Origin: the human T2T-CHM13v2.0 reference genome, Homo sapiens
Direction: 5' to 3' (one strand)
Assembly: GCF_009914755.1 (NCBI RefSeq)
Contig: NC_060926.1
DNA length: 64,000 bases
Shown: positions 1 to 11,858 of the stretch, in pieces
Layout of the letters: every line of letters begins with the position of its first letter
How positions within the stretch are numbered: position 1 is the first letter of the stretch
Notes under the pieces: model-generated
The model's database searches: none
Seen by the model: only the letters and a program-made list of their open reading frames with translations
Told to the model about the DNA's origin: nothing
Made by a program: the position numbers and the translations under genes

Positions 1-27
1 CTGAAATTGGATGGGCATTCCCATACA

Positions 28-658
28 CTTTTTTTTTTTTAACTTTAAGTTCAGGGATATATGTGAAGATTTGTTACCTAGATAAACTTGTGTCATGGGG
101 GTTTGTTGTACAGATTATTTAATCGCCCAGGTATTAAGCCTAGTACCCATTAGTTATTTTTCCTTATCCTCTCCCTCTTCCCACCCTCCAAACTCCAGTA
201 GGCCCCAATATGTATTGTTCTCCTCTATGTGTCCATGACTTCTCATCATTTAGCTCCCACTTATAAGTGAGAACATGCAGTATTTGGTTTTCTGTTCCTG
301 TGTTAGTTTGCTAAAGATAATGGCCTCCAGTTCCATCCATGAACCTGCAAAGGACATGATCTCATTCTTGTTATGACTGTATAGTATTCCATAGTGTATA
401 TGTACCACATTTTCTTATCCAGTCTATTGTTGATGGGCATTTAGATTAACTCTATGTCTTTGATACTGTGAATAGTTGCCTCAATGAATATACACATGCA
501 TAAAGGGATGATTTATATTCCTTTGGGTATATACCTAGTAATGGGATTGCTGGGTCAAATGGTATTTCTGTCCTTAGTTCTTTGAGAAATCTCCATACTG
601 TCTTTTACAATGGTTAAACTAATTTGTACTCCCACCAACAGTGTACAAGCATTCCTTT
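28..658 (-). mobile_element. 5'-truncated L1PA-type LINE-1 3' end
   Basis: Poly-T at 28-40, then antisense L1 3'UTR and ORF2-end motifs (ttaagttcaggg..., cccacttataagtgagaacatgcagtatttggttttctg, gggattgctgggtcaaatggt). Confidence 0.9.
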
Positions 659-2089
659 TATGAACTATTTTTTAAGTGTTGAAATTGATGTTATTTTACT
701 CACACTTACCAAGTTCATGATATAAATAAGCAAAGAAAAAGTAAAAAGCACTCTTGCACTCAAAGTTGTGTATAGACCCAGATTGCCTAGGAGCTCTTTG
801 GGGATTTCTTTTATGCAAAAGAATTTATTTTCCAGCAATATTTATGACTGGATGTTGGTCTGGTTGACAAAGTACCATATTTTAATTAGTCTTAAGTAGA
901 ATATTTACAGCATCATTTTCATGCACCTATGTGTCTATTTATCTATTTACTTACCTGCTTAGCTACCTACTCATTTATCTCTCACTATTTTCAACTATTG
1001 CCCATACCCCTACCCCTCACCAGCATATTCTAAAGTGAACTTTCATTCCCAGGAAAATTAATTAGAGCAGTAATATGAACAAAATGAAGATAGCAGCAAT
1101 GGGCTGTAAAATAAGAAGACACCATAGTAACAAGTAACTATTTCACAATAATGCGCGTATAAAATTAAAGAATAACTTACATAAACCTTTATAAAAATAA
1201 CTTTTTACAAAAGGGTGCAGCTGAATCCCTTAGGGGTTATGACCAAATATGCAATTTCTCAGCCTCTCCCTCATTCTCCTTAAATGGGAATATCTGTGGA
1301 AGGTTCAGCTAAGTCTGCATATTTAATAAGCTCCACACATTGACCATTGAGAATTACTACTTTATAGCTCTCTTTCTCTTTACTACCAGAAGCATGTGCA
1401 CATCTGGAACTGGTTATTTCTGACCCTTACTCTCAGGTGAAACATTAACTTAATACAGACAATCTTTAATTCTAGTGGAATGGGGTTTTGTGGATTCAAC
1501 AATAAATTATAATGAGTGATCTCATCTTTTGGTCTGGGCTTGTGATGTACAAATCAAGTGCATTCCCACCTTATTTACAAGTCCCAGCACTTCAGTGGGT
1601 CACCTCTTCCTCACTGGACATTTGCTTTCTCCTTGACCGCAACTTCCTTTGCTGGTAACCTGGTCATTCATTGCCTCACTCTCTTGCTACCTTTCTATTG
1701 CCAATCTCCTTTGTGGATAATTGAGCTAGACCTGAACAAATAGCCGGAATTGAGAACTGTGCCACCTAGCAAAAAACCTCCTAGTTGATAACAATCTGCA
1801 AATCTGAACTTCTCAGTATTCCCCACCCTGTCAGATTATCAATGACTGTTTCTGCTCACTTGTTGTATAACTCTTCCTATTCAACTTGTATCCCCAGTTG
1901 CCAATATTTACCTAGATTGTGACCACAGATCTATGTAATTGCTTGACACTGTCAGCATCTTTCAAACTGAACCTTTCGTCACCACGTGTGGCTAGGAGAG
2001 CTCTCCAGAAACTGGTCACTTCAGATGAAAAGCCAGTTCCCGGTTCTTTCAGGAGAGATAACAGGTCCTTCCAATTTATATATGTATAG

Positions 2090-2091
<2 letters not shown>

Positions 2092-2126
<35 letters not shown>
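2092..2126. repeat. (GT)n microsatellite followed by a TA-rich tract
   Basis: About 17 GT units seen directly. Confidence 0.95.
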
Positions 2127-2130
<4 letters not shown>

Positions 2131-2179
2131 ATATATATATAATATATATGTAACTTTATTTCCATATGGAATATATATA

Positions 2180-2850
2180 TATCTCACACCAAACACAAAC
2201 ATTATTTCCAGATGAATCATAGTTCTAAAAATAAATAAAGTTGAAACAACTCATTTAGAGGAAATCATGGGAATAGTCTTTGTTGCCTTGAAATTAAGCA
2301 AGGGTCTCTTAAGAGGGCAATAAAAGCACTAATCGTAAAAGGATATAAATAATAAGTTAAACAATATTAAAATTAAGGACCTCTTCATTAAAACATGCCA
2401 TTAAGAGAGTGAAAAAGCAACCCACAAGTGGGAAATGATAACTATTGCAACATATATATTAAAAATAGACTTGTGGTTATAATACATAAATAACTCCTAT
2501 AAATCAGTAAGAAAAAGACAAACAATCTGATCTTAAAAACAAGCAAAAGTATTGCACAGGCACTTCACAAAAGAATATTGCATAGCAATCATCTTTACAA
2601 ATAAAAGTTTGAGTGAAATAAGCCCATCAAGAAAAAATAGACCCTTTAGGTTTTCATTGATATAAAGTTCAGAAATAGGCAAAACTTAGAAGACAGAAGA
2701 ATGATTAGCTTTAGTGGGGTGAGGTGGGTAGTGAGTGGAACAGAGCTGTGCGGGGATTCTGGAGTGCTGATAATATTGTGTTTCTTGGTTTGGCTGTAAT
2801 TACAAGAATGTGTTCAGTTTGTGACAGTTCATTGAACTTTATATGCAAAC
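2180..2850 (+). mobile_element. Ancient L1M (L1MD/ME-like) 3' fragment with internal deletion
   Basis: ORF2-end motifs (atctcacacc..., ttaagagagtgaaaaagcaacccaca) and 3'UTR motifs (ataaagttcagaaataggcaaaact, gtgttcagtttgtga). Confidence 0.75.
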
Positions 2851-4249
2851 ATAGGCATGCACACACACACACATACACACAAGCTATTTAAAATGTATTT
2901 TACTCATAAATAATTGAGCAAGAGAGAACTGATTTTTAAATGCATTAAAGGAGATACTCTGAAAACTTTTATTTTAATGATATAGTTATTGTCCTTCACA
3001 ACAATAGACTATGACATTAGTGTCCCATCATTAGACATGCCCTTTTGGCACTGAAATTCAATCTAATAAATTCAGAGTTTGGAGATGAGCATTAGGGAAA
3101 GACTAATAGATACAACAGCAAATTTGCTAAATAAAACAAATGTCAACCATATCTGACTGTTGTCAATTACTGATTACTGTTAATTACTGTCAAGTACTAA
3201 TTATGCAATATGCAACTTCCACATATTTGAACCCTGGGCAGGCCAAGATAGTGATAGCCTGGCATAACTGCAACCAATGGGTGATTAGATTTAATCTGCC
3301 TGATAAAAAGACTTTGCGACTGGGTCAAGCACTTTAAGAAGGAAAGACAGTAGAACAAGAAATCCCAGGAAACTGAGACAATCGCAGGTTAAAATTTCCT
3401 TTTTGCACTTGATACTCTCCCAACAAAGATTAGAGAAGTAGCCTGTCCCAGTGAGGGTCTGAGACTCCATTTGTTTCCCCAGTGTTTTCTAACGCTGTGG
3501 CTGCTGAGCAACTTGTTCTAGAGCTGATGTTTTCTCTTTAAGTGACATTTCATCATCAATGCCCTAAGATAGTCACCCTGTTTTCCCTTAATTGATAGTT
3601 GTACGCAAGAGGCGGAAAATCGCTCAGCATTTCTTGCTAGATTAGGTCAAAACTGACAGAGGAAACAGAGAGAAGATTGCATTACTTATGCCCCTTATGG
3701 CTCTCATCTGTATCTAAGAAGATTGCCATTTTATAAAATTTCTTATGCTCCCTAAATGTAATTACAATGGCGCAGGCATTTTCTTCCTATTTGCTTTTCA
3801 ATTTTTTACTACCTGCCTGATCATCAGAGGGAAATTCAGAAGCAGTTCCACTAATCTTAACTTTATTTTCCTTATGTCTCTTTAATTAGATGCAATTGCA
3901 CCCTAGGAACCTTTTCTTCAAATGCTTTATTTAGTTATTCCTTTTAAGTCTTTACCTTTCTTTTCATTTGATTGTTGACCAGAAGCATTGAACATGTACC
4001 TAGATGTTCAGAGTGAAGTACCTAAAATTCTGGAATATTTTTTCCGTATCACAGGGTGCCCTTTTCATAAGATTAATGTTTACAAATAGATACTGTAATA
4101 TTTATTCTGTTTTAAAGTTAATTAAGAAGCATCCCACGAGCATGTTATATATTTATTTTGTGGCCTCAGGGGTCAAGGATTCTTACTTGTGGATTTCTTT
4201 TCATCAAGTATCTTAGAAAGGGGTTATACCTTAAACAAAATCATCAATT

Positions 4250-4655
4250 TCCCCAGGATCTATAAGACAAAATCCCAATTCTTTAATAAAAATAACCAGG
4301 TTCTCCTAAGGCAGCCTTAATCAACCATAGCTTTCCCACTTAGCCACCAACACTGTATCATCTTGTGTGGATGTTCACTCCCCTTTCCTTAAACCTTGTG
4401 ATCTCAGCCTGCACTGCTCTTGATATCCCCTCTCTGCCTTTCAGAGTCCTGTTTATCATACAGCATCCAGGCCTCACATCACCTCCACCCTAAAATCATC
4501 TCCAGTCCCATTCTCCACTGCACTCTAATCAGACTTCATGGTAGGCAAGCCTGCTTGTGCTTAACTCCACTGCAGGGTGCTTAATAACTTTGCAGAACCT
4601 GTGGGATGTGGCAAAGTCTATGTCTCAGAGTAGAGGCTCAATAAATATTTGAAGT
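4250..4655 (+). mobile_element. L2 3' fragment
   Basis: Ends in an L2-tail-like sequence, gagtagaggctcaataaatatttg. Confidence 0.55.
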
Positions 4656-5484
4656 GTAAAATGAGCTGCTTTGCTCCCAACAGGATGGAGTTTGAAAGGT
4701 TAAGAGCTAAGAAAGATCATGGTTGCCTACCACACACTTATTCTACTTTTAAAAAATATTTTACTTGACATTTTCACCATTTAAGATGGCCATGTGCAGT
4801 GATAATAACTGTATTACAATTTACCATGCTGCAGACTTGTCAGACTTTGTCAGCAAATGCAGCAAATACTCCAGATTCCCTGCTATAAGTTAAATAAATG
4901 CAAAAACTTATTATCACATTTCCTATATATAACACCTGCCCAAAGACAATGTTACCCAATGGGGTGGCTATGGTCACATTCCTTTACTGTGATCTTCCTT
5001 TCTCATTATATTTGACATTTTTGAAACTGAGTTTTATTGCACTCTCTCAGCTTACAGAGTGGTCGGGGAAATTAGACTTAATAGAGATGTAAAAGCCACA
5101 GGGAGAAAACAAAAGGAAAGTGAAATGGAAGGAAACTGAAATTAAAATGCTATTTTGGTAAATGGCTGCTGTGGTGGAGACAACAAACAATTGCAATGCG
5201 AGTTAATTACTGACCTGTCAGGAAAGTGTGACGCGAAGGTTGTGGCACACATTACTGGAGCTACCAGGACCACAACTCATTTCCACAGGGGAACAGACTT
5301 GTTCTACCACAGATCAACATAAGATCTTTCCAGGGGATAGAAATGAATTTCTCGGAGAAATACTATTTATCTGTGGAGTTGTCATGAGCTCTTAGCAGAC
5401 CTGGAGAAACAGCTCCTCTAATACATGTAGAGCAGGGAATGGGGTTGTGTCACCAGAGAAAGTTTGTGCATGTTTAGGCAGAGG

Positions 5485-5527
5485 GGACCTTCGCTCCTCG
5501 TGGTGGACCTTCGCTCCTCGTGGTGGA
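5485..5527. repeat. Perfect 20-bp tandem duplication (ggaccttcgctcctcgtggt x2 + gga)
   Basis: Seen directly. Confidence 0.95.
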
Positions 5528-8469
5528 TGTGCTAAATATACAGCTCCCTTGCCATGGAGTGAAAACTCAGGCTAACACTCATGAAATGGGAATTCCCTGG
5601 GTGTATGGCCATTTCTTGCCTCTGAGATTTTACTCACAAAACTCTCAGTGGCAACCTATGTCTTCCAGAAGCATCCTTCTTTTAGGGAAAAATATCAAGT
5701 ACCTATCCAAATCTGAAACTCAAGGAAGACTATTCTCAAAGCAAAAATCCCTGAAAATTCTAAGATTGTGATAAATTTGATCTTTTTTTAATGAGAAGAA
5801 GATACAGGGCTTTTGGGAAATAGAAATATGATATTTTTAACCCTAAAATATTATATGAATCTCCAAGCATACTTTAATATTAGCCTCAGAACACAGAAGA
5901 AACATTGTTTTCTTTCTGCCTCTAACTTATAATAAAATATCCATAGTTTATTTACTCTAAGAAATATTAGCAAAGGTGAGTTACACATTTTTAAAGTAAG
6001 AAAATTGGTCAAAGACATTTTCTTCTTTGCCAGGCTACATACACTGGCATAAACTAGGTTCCATATTTGTTTTTCATTTATACATTCAACCAACATTTAA
6101 GTCTCTATTGTTTTGTCAGGAAGCAGAGGAACATTTATAAATGATTAAACAGAAAGACTTGCATGATACATACCTAACGTGGCTACACTATGATCATTTT
6201 ATCTGCCAGATTTTCTTTACATTTCTTGTTACCTTTTCTTTCCATACACAATGTCCACTTGATTTGTGGGTCTATGGCGAAATCAAGGATGCTGGGGGGT
6301 GTGGGCCCTGAGTGCCATCCTAGAGTTATTCTGAACAGAATGTGACACCAGGGGATGGTGTTCAGTATACCCAAGCCTACATTTTCTCTACTCAGCAGCA
6401 TAAAGATTATATCATAGTGCCTATCCAGTTTTTCCCAGCTCAAAAATTACTTAATATATTTTTACTTTTAATGCTGTTGATGTGAAAGAGATGTCAAAAA
6501 TACACATTCTAACTCAAAAGGGCAGGCTGCTGAGCTTTAGTGTAGTTAACAGAATGCAACAAATAATTGGGAGAGCAGCTATGAAATTTATGATTAGATG
6601 AAATATCATGTTCACTCCTATTTGCAGTATGAGTAGGAAAATCAAGCCCAGAAGCCCAGGACACCATCGAACCACGTAGTTTGAGCAGAGCCAAAGTTCG
6701 TGTTGCTCTTATGAAGTGCATTCTCATTACTGCTTCCTGTTTTTAAACAGGATTGAAAGGAGAACTAGTGCAATATCACAAGGTATTCTTGCTCTTCTGT
6801 TGGTACACGTAAAATCAGGAAGTCTAGAGAATAGTGAAGCCAGTCTTAAGTGATTTACATTTCAATTTCTAACTCAGGGATATTTATTTGGAGAGTTTAG
6901 TAAAATCAATGGATATCTCAAACACATGCAAAATGAGCCAGTTCTTCAATATTTTCATTAGTCATTCACCAGTGCTCTGTATGCCTCCTGTAAGAACATA
7001 AAAACACAAGGCATCAAAGTTTTCTCTAACAAAATTTAATAGTAACAATAATGATGATGACATGAGTGGGTAACGTGTTCTAGGAAGAACAAGGGGAATA
7101 CTGAAGAGGCACATAGATCAAGCAAAACCTAAACTTAATATGATTTGAAGTTAATAAGCCTGATATTACTAAATTACATAGAAATAAGCATAAGCAAATA
7201 TTATTGATTTTACAATCTACCAAATCTAGAAAATTGAAGGTCAGTGAGGAATGAAAACATGGGTGGAACAACAGAATATAATTTAAGATTCCTGTGAATA
7301 TTTTTGGAATAATAATGCAGAAAGACTCACAAAACTGGAGTTCCTCGTTCTCTTTGAGAGAACACCCTGAAATTAATACAGATATTCCTGGAAGAACAAC
7401 CACTCCTAGGTTCTGGAAGCCAAGTCAAGTTGGACTCTGGGGTATGAGGGTTTCTTTTGAGTCGATGTTGAGCAGGCTTTGCAATGGAGTTTCTTCCCTA
7501 GAACCTTATTTCATAAAGGCTAAAAAATAAGACCACCATGGAAGGGATATTGCATCATACAGCTCTAGGAGGCACCATTTTCCAGAATGCAATGTTAATG
7601 TCCCATCCCCAGTCACAAATCCTACCACCTCTGAATTTATGTAAGGGCATAAATAGAGTGGACTGATCAATGCTCTTCTACTCTAAGATAGTTCTTTCAT
7701 GTAGCCAGAAGAGTTTCCAGTTTGAGATTCAGTTAAATGCTTCCTTGAGAGTTAAGGGAAAGTCTGACTGATATAACATTGTGTTAGCTAGTCTAATCAT
7801 ACCCCTCCCATATACATCTAAGTGATTCAGAGGTAAGAAAGAATGGATGATGGAAATTTTTATAAATTTTGACACTGTAGTTAGATTAAGCCTAAGTGAA
7901 TGCTGCAGTGGGTGCTCTGGCAGCTGAAATATGAAAAGGATTATAGGGTGTCTACTAGAGAAAAAACTGTTGGGATGTAGGCAGGGGGAAACTGGGGAGT
8001 TGAAAGGGAATAAAGAAAGGGCTCTAAGTGGGACCCCAAAACAACTTGCAAAATATGGCCTAGAAACAGCCCTGTCTAATTGGAATGAGAGGTTCCTAAC
8101 GGGATGAATCAGAGGAAATCGTCTCTGAACCCACAGGTACAGCAGTCACAGGTCCCACAGCCACTGGCACAGCTGTCATCATCCTGTTAGATTTCCATCC
8201 TCAACTGTCCTCCTTCTGTCCGGCAGCAGGGCTCTGCTTCCCTCTCAATTCATCTCCATTCTCAATTCATCCACAAAAAAACATTGTGTGTTATGTACAT
8301 CCAGGACAACACACATTCTCTTCCTCAGAGTGTCTAGAATACCAGCCCCTCTGGTACTGGTTGGGTTAGAAGGGATGGGACTCTCAGTCAATCATTCAGC
8401 CAGATGAAAGATAAGCGAGATGATCAGATATCCCCACAGAGAGGTCAAATGCTACCTTCTCTATGAAAT

Positions 8470-8840
8470 CCATTGTTTCTTTCTTTCTTCGAACTTCCCT
8501 GGTACTTTATGTCCCTTCATGACATATGTCAATACCTACCTTATAATATCCCAGGTATCTGCACACCTTTGCATTGCCAAATCCTTTGCCAGAAATGTCC
8601 AACCTGCACTGACTTAGCTCTGATGTAATCTGATCTTCTCTTGCAGACTTCCTCTCTCTCCACCTCCCACTTCCACCTGAGTTTAATGCCATTGCTCCTC
8701 TCCCCACCTGGGCACTGCCCTATTCTCAGTTAATTATTGATTGTTTCTCTATTGCCCTCACCAAACTCTGGGGCACTTGATAAAGATTATCTCTAGTCTC
8801 TAAAATGGTGCCTGCCACTTAGGAGAATCTCAGTAAAGGT
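8470..8840 (+). mobile_element. L2 3' fragment
   Basis: Degenerate L2 tail, tggtgcctgccacttaggagaatctcagtaaa. Confidence 0.5.
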
Positions 8841-9769
8841 CGAAGGGGTATATGTATGTTTTCTGTTGATAGAAATCTTTAAGACGAGGTTTTGTGTCAT
8901 TTTTCTCTATCTTCCCAGAGCAATATAGTGGTCTGCAAAATTAGAAATCCCCAAATATTTAACAATAGAAGAACAATTATGAAATAGCATCAAGTCAATG
9001 ACCTTGCAGAGCAAAGTACGTGGGAAGCAGAATAAAGAGAACAAACTTAGTGGAGGGGGTGTCAACAAAATGTAACAACAGGGTGAGATGGAAAAGGAAG
9101 TGAGGGCTGGAGGAGAGACAGTGAGCAAATTGAGAGAAATAACATTAACATTGTGGTAGAGAGAGAGATCCGCCTGATGGAAAGATCTAAGAAAGCAAAA
9201 TCTTGAAAGTATTTTCTGCAGCTTGTCCCCATGAAAACAGAGGTGGGGAAGCCAGATAAAAGGCTTTGTAATGAATCCAGCCTTTTGACAGTAGCATATC
9301 ACTAGGCAAATTATGGTTTGATTGTGAAATCAATATAGGAATGCAAATTTTGATTTGACACTGAAATTTGTCCAGCTTCTGAGGAAGCAACATGTCCTAT
9401 AAATGGTGTACGGTTGGGCTATGTAAACACCGTGGCTAGATGCTCTTGGCCAGAAGAGAGTGGCTTCAGCCTGAGTGATTTCATCCACCAATATTACAAA
9501 CACACTGTCCTTAGAGTTTGAATCTATTGAATAATGTGGGAAATCAACCCTTGAAGGCACTCAGAGGAGAAAATATTTTTCTAGAAAAATATATGATTTT
9601 CTTCTTAATACATACTTCAAATTTTTATTTCATACTTATTGAAAAAAACTCTTGCATTCTCAATTAGATAATTTTGAATAATACATTACTCATGTAAGCA
9701 TATAAAAAGGAAAATAAGAGCAAAATAAATTGGCTAAGCAATTGCTAAAACAACTTTTCTATAAACATC

Positions 9770-10270
9770 TTCGTGATTTATTACTGAAGAATCATAAAGT
9801 GCAAGTGTTTAAAGTATACAATTTGTTCATTTTTAACATGTGTAAATGCCTATGAAACCAACACCACAATCAAGGTAACAGACATACCCATCATTGCCAA
9901 AACTTTGCTCAATGTGATCCATACTTGCCTCTATCCTTTCCCTAAGGAATTACTGATCAGCTTTCTGTTAGCATACCTTAGTTGGCATTTTTGAGAATAT
10001 TATATAAATGAAATTATATAATAAATCTTCTTCTTCTTCTTCTTCTTCTTCTTCTTCTTCTTCTTCTTCTTCTTCTTCTTCTTCCTCCTCCTCCTCCTCC
10101 TCCTATTCCTCTTCTTTTTTTTTCGGTTTCTTTCACTCAGCGGAATAGATTTGCAATTCATCTATGTGGTTTTATGCATCAATAGTCTGTTCCTTTTTAT
10201 GGTTTATTGTTTTCATTGCATAAATTAAAATGTGTCTATCTGTTCACCTGTTGATAGACATATGGGTCTT
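9770..10270 (-). mobile_element. Ancient L1M 3' fragment
   Basis: Antisense L1M 3'UTR motifs (accaacaccacaatcaaggta, tttctttcactcagc, tctgttcacctgttgatagacat). Confidence 0.75.
10027..10104. repeat. (CTT)19(CCT)7 compound trinucleotide repeat
   Basis: Counted directly. Confidence 0.95.
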
Positions 10271-10329
10271 CTTTTGGGAATAAAATACCTGCTCCTCCAC
10301 CTCTTTCTGCCTGCCTGTTTTACTGGAAA

Positions 10330-10460
10330 AATTATGAGTCTCTCTGATCCTCATTTTTTTCTTATAAAAATATGGGTTTAATGGCTATTTTATAGGAGTT
10401 TTTTGAGAATCAACCATTGAGCACATTGCTTAGCACATAGTAGATACTAAGTATTAGCTT
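10330..10460 (+). mobile_element. MIR fragment
   Basis: MIR core and tail similarity (ctctctgatcctcatt...cttagcacatagtag). Confidence 0.6.
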
Positions 10461-11679
10461 CTTTTCTAATTTGTCATTTAATTGCCTTACTGGTATTTAT
10501 TGTAAAGTAACAATTTTCCTCCTATCAAAATATTTCCTTTTCTGTTCGTCTTAGTGTCTGCCTGCTTGGCCATTAGAATGAATGATTCTAGCCTCATTGT
10601 CCAACAAACATTGGGGTGGCTATACACTTGCCTCCTTAAAACATGATTCTTCTTTTGGATTATATTCGCTCCCATAACTGACTAGTCACAGTTTTGTTCA
10701 CTGTACACAGTGCTCGGAGCCCGCTATAGGATGTCTATTAGGTTAGACTTGGAGACAAGAATCAGACAAGAAGAGGGCTGTTTCCAGAAAATGAGAAGAT
10801 GTGTTTGTATTGCAACCATTCTGTTTGTAATGAGGTGCTGTGTTCACTTGAGGAACTTTTGGGGAGGGACATTTGAAGAGGATTATGGATGAGGGGCTCA
10901 GCTAAAGCTCTACCAGTCCACCCTCTGGTGCTGCCACAGTTTAGTTCTCTTTGTTTTCTTCCTCCAAATTCTATTTTTTCTCATTGCTGCTCCTTTAAAG
11001 TGTGTCCATACTAAATTTTCTTGCCTAAATCAGACTCCTTCTATTAAAATAAATGGTGCTGATTTTTTTCTTCATATTCTTTATAAATACGATGTCCAAC
11101 TAAGCTAGCAAATCTAGTTCAGTTGGCAGATGGCAGTGGATGAAGGAATTTTAATTTCCCCCTGTGAGTATTGTGAGTGGGGGTAGGGGCTCTGGGGTCT
11201 GTTTTGCTCTGACACCAATTTTACTCACTTAAATTTGTCTTTATTCATAGAGATTTTTGTTCACCAAGAATGGGTGCTGATGGTAGCATGTAGGGGTAAA
11301 GTGGGTAATAGACCAGTGAAGTTGTGGATTAAAAAGCATATATCCTCAAGACAGTTGGTGGGCAACACCATTTCTATATAAGGAAAACTGTATCTCATTA
11401 CTGTTAGGAGTTTGTTAATGGAATTAAGAAACACAGTCTATCGTTGTGCTACCTATAAACTTCTGAAGTCCTCTGTTATGTATAGTGCTATCCACATGTA
11501 AAGGTCCCAACTGACAAAATAACTTACAAAGGAACTACTTTTTTCTTCACTAGTCAGAGAGGTGAAGACTCTTGTTTATCAACTTTTAATATCCTAATGA
11601 TTACTAGGGACACTCCATCAAGAGTTTTCATGGAAAAGTGTATGTTTAGAATAACATAATACATTTTATATTTTATCAG

Positions 11680-11693
11680 GATAGCACTATAAT
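11680..11693 (+). other. ARHGAP15: 5'UTR portion (14 nt) of the ATG-containing ARHGAP15 exon; the upstream non-coding exon and promoter are presumably outside the window
   Basis: T-rich tract and acceptor ttttatattttatcag|G at 11679/11680. No CpG island or promoter-like sequence seen in 1-11679. Confidence 0.85.
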
Positions 11694-11858
11694 ATGCAGA
11701 AATCTACAAATTCTGATACTTCCGTGGAAACACTGAATTCTACCCGCCAAGGCACAGGAGCTGTGCAAATGAGAATCAAAAATGCCAACAGCCACCATGA
11801 CAGGCTCAGCCAAAGTAAATCCATGATCCTCACCGATGTCGGGAAGGTCACTGAACCT
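11694..11858 (+). CDS. ARHGAP15: ARHGAP15 first coding exon, codons 1-55 (MQKSTNSDTSVETLNSTRQGTGAVQMRIKNANSHHDRLSQSKSMILTDVGKVTEP)
   Basis: Translation matches the N-terminus of human ARHGAP15 as I recall it. ATG at 11694 has A at -3 and an in-frame TAG 12 nt upstream. Consensus donor CCT|gtaagt at 11858/11859; 165 nt, phase 0. Confidence 0.96.

Noticed and set aside
8907-9302. 131-aa minus-strand ORF (also the 136-aa ORF at 19423-19833)
   Set aside because: No recognisable domain, and biased composition from purine- or TA-rich DNA. Lengths are within chance expectation.
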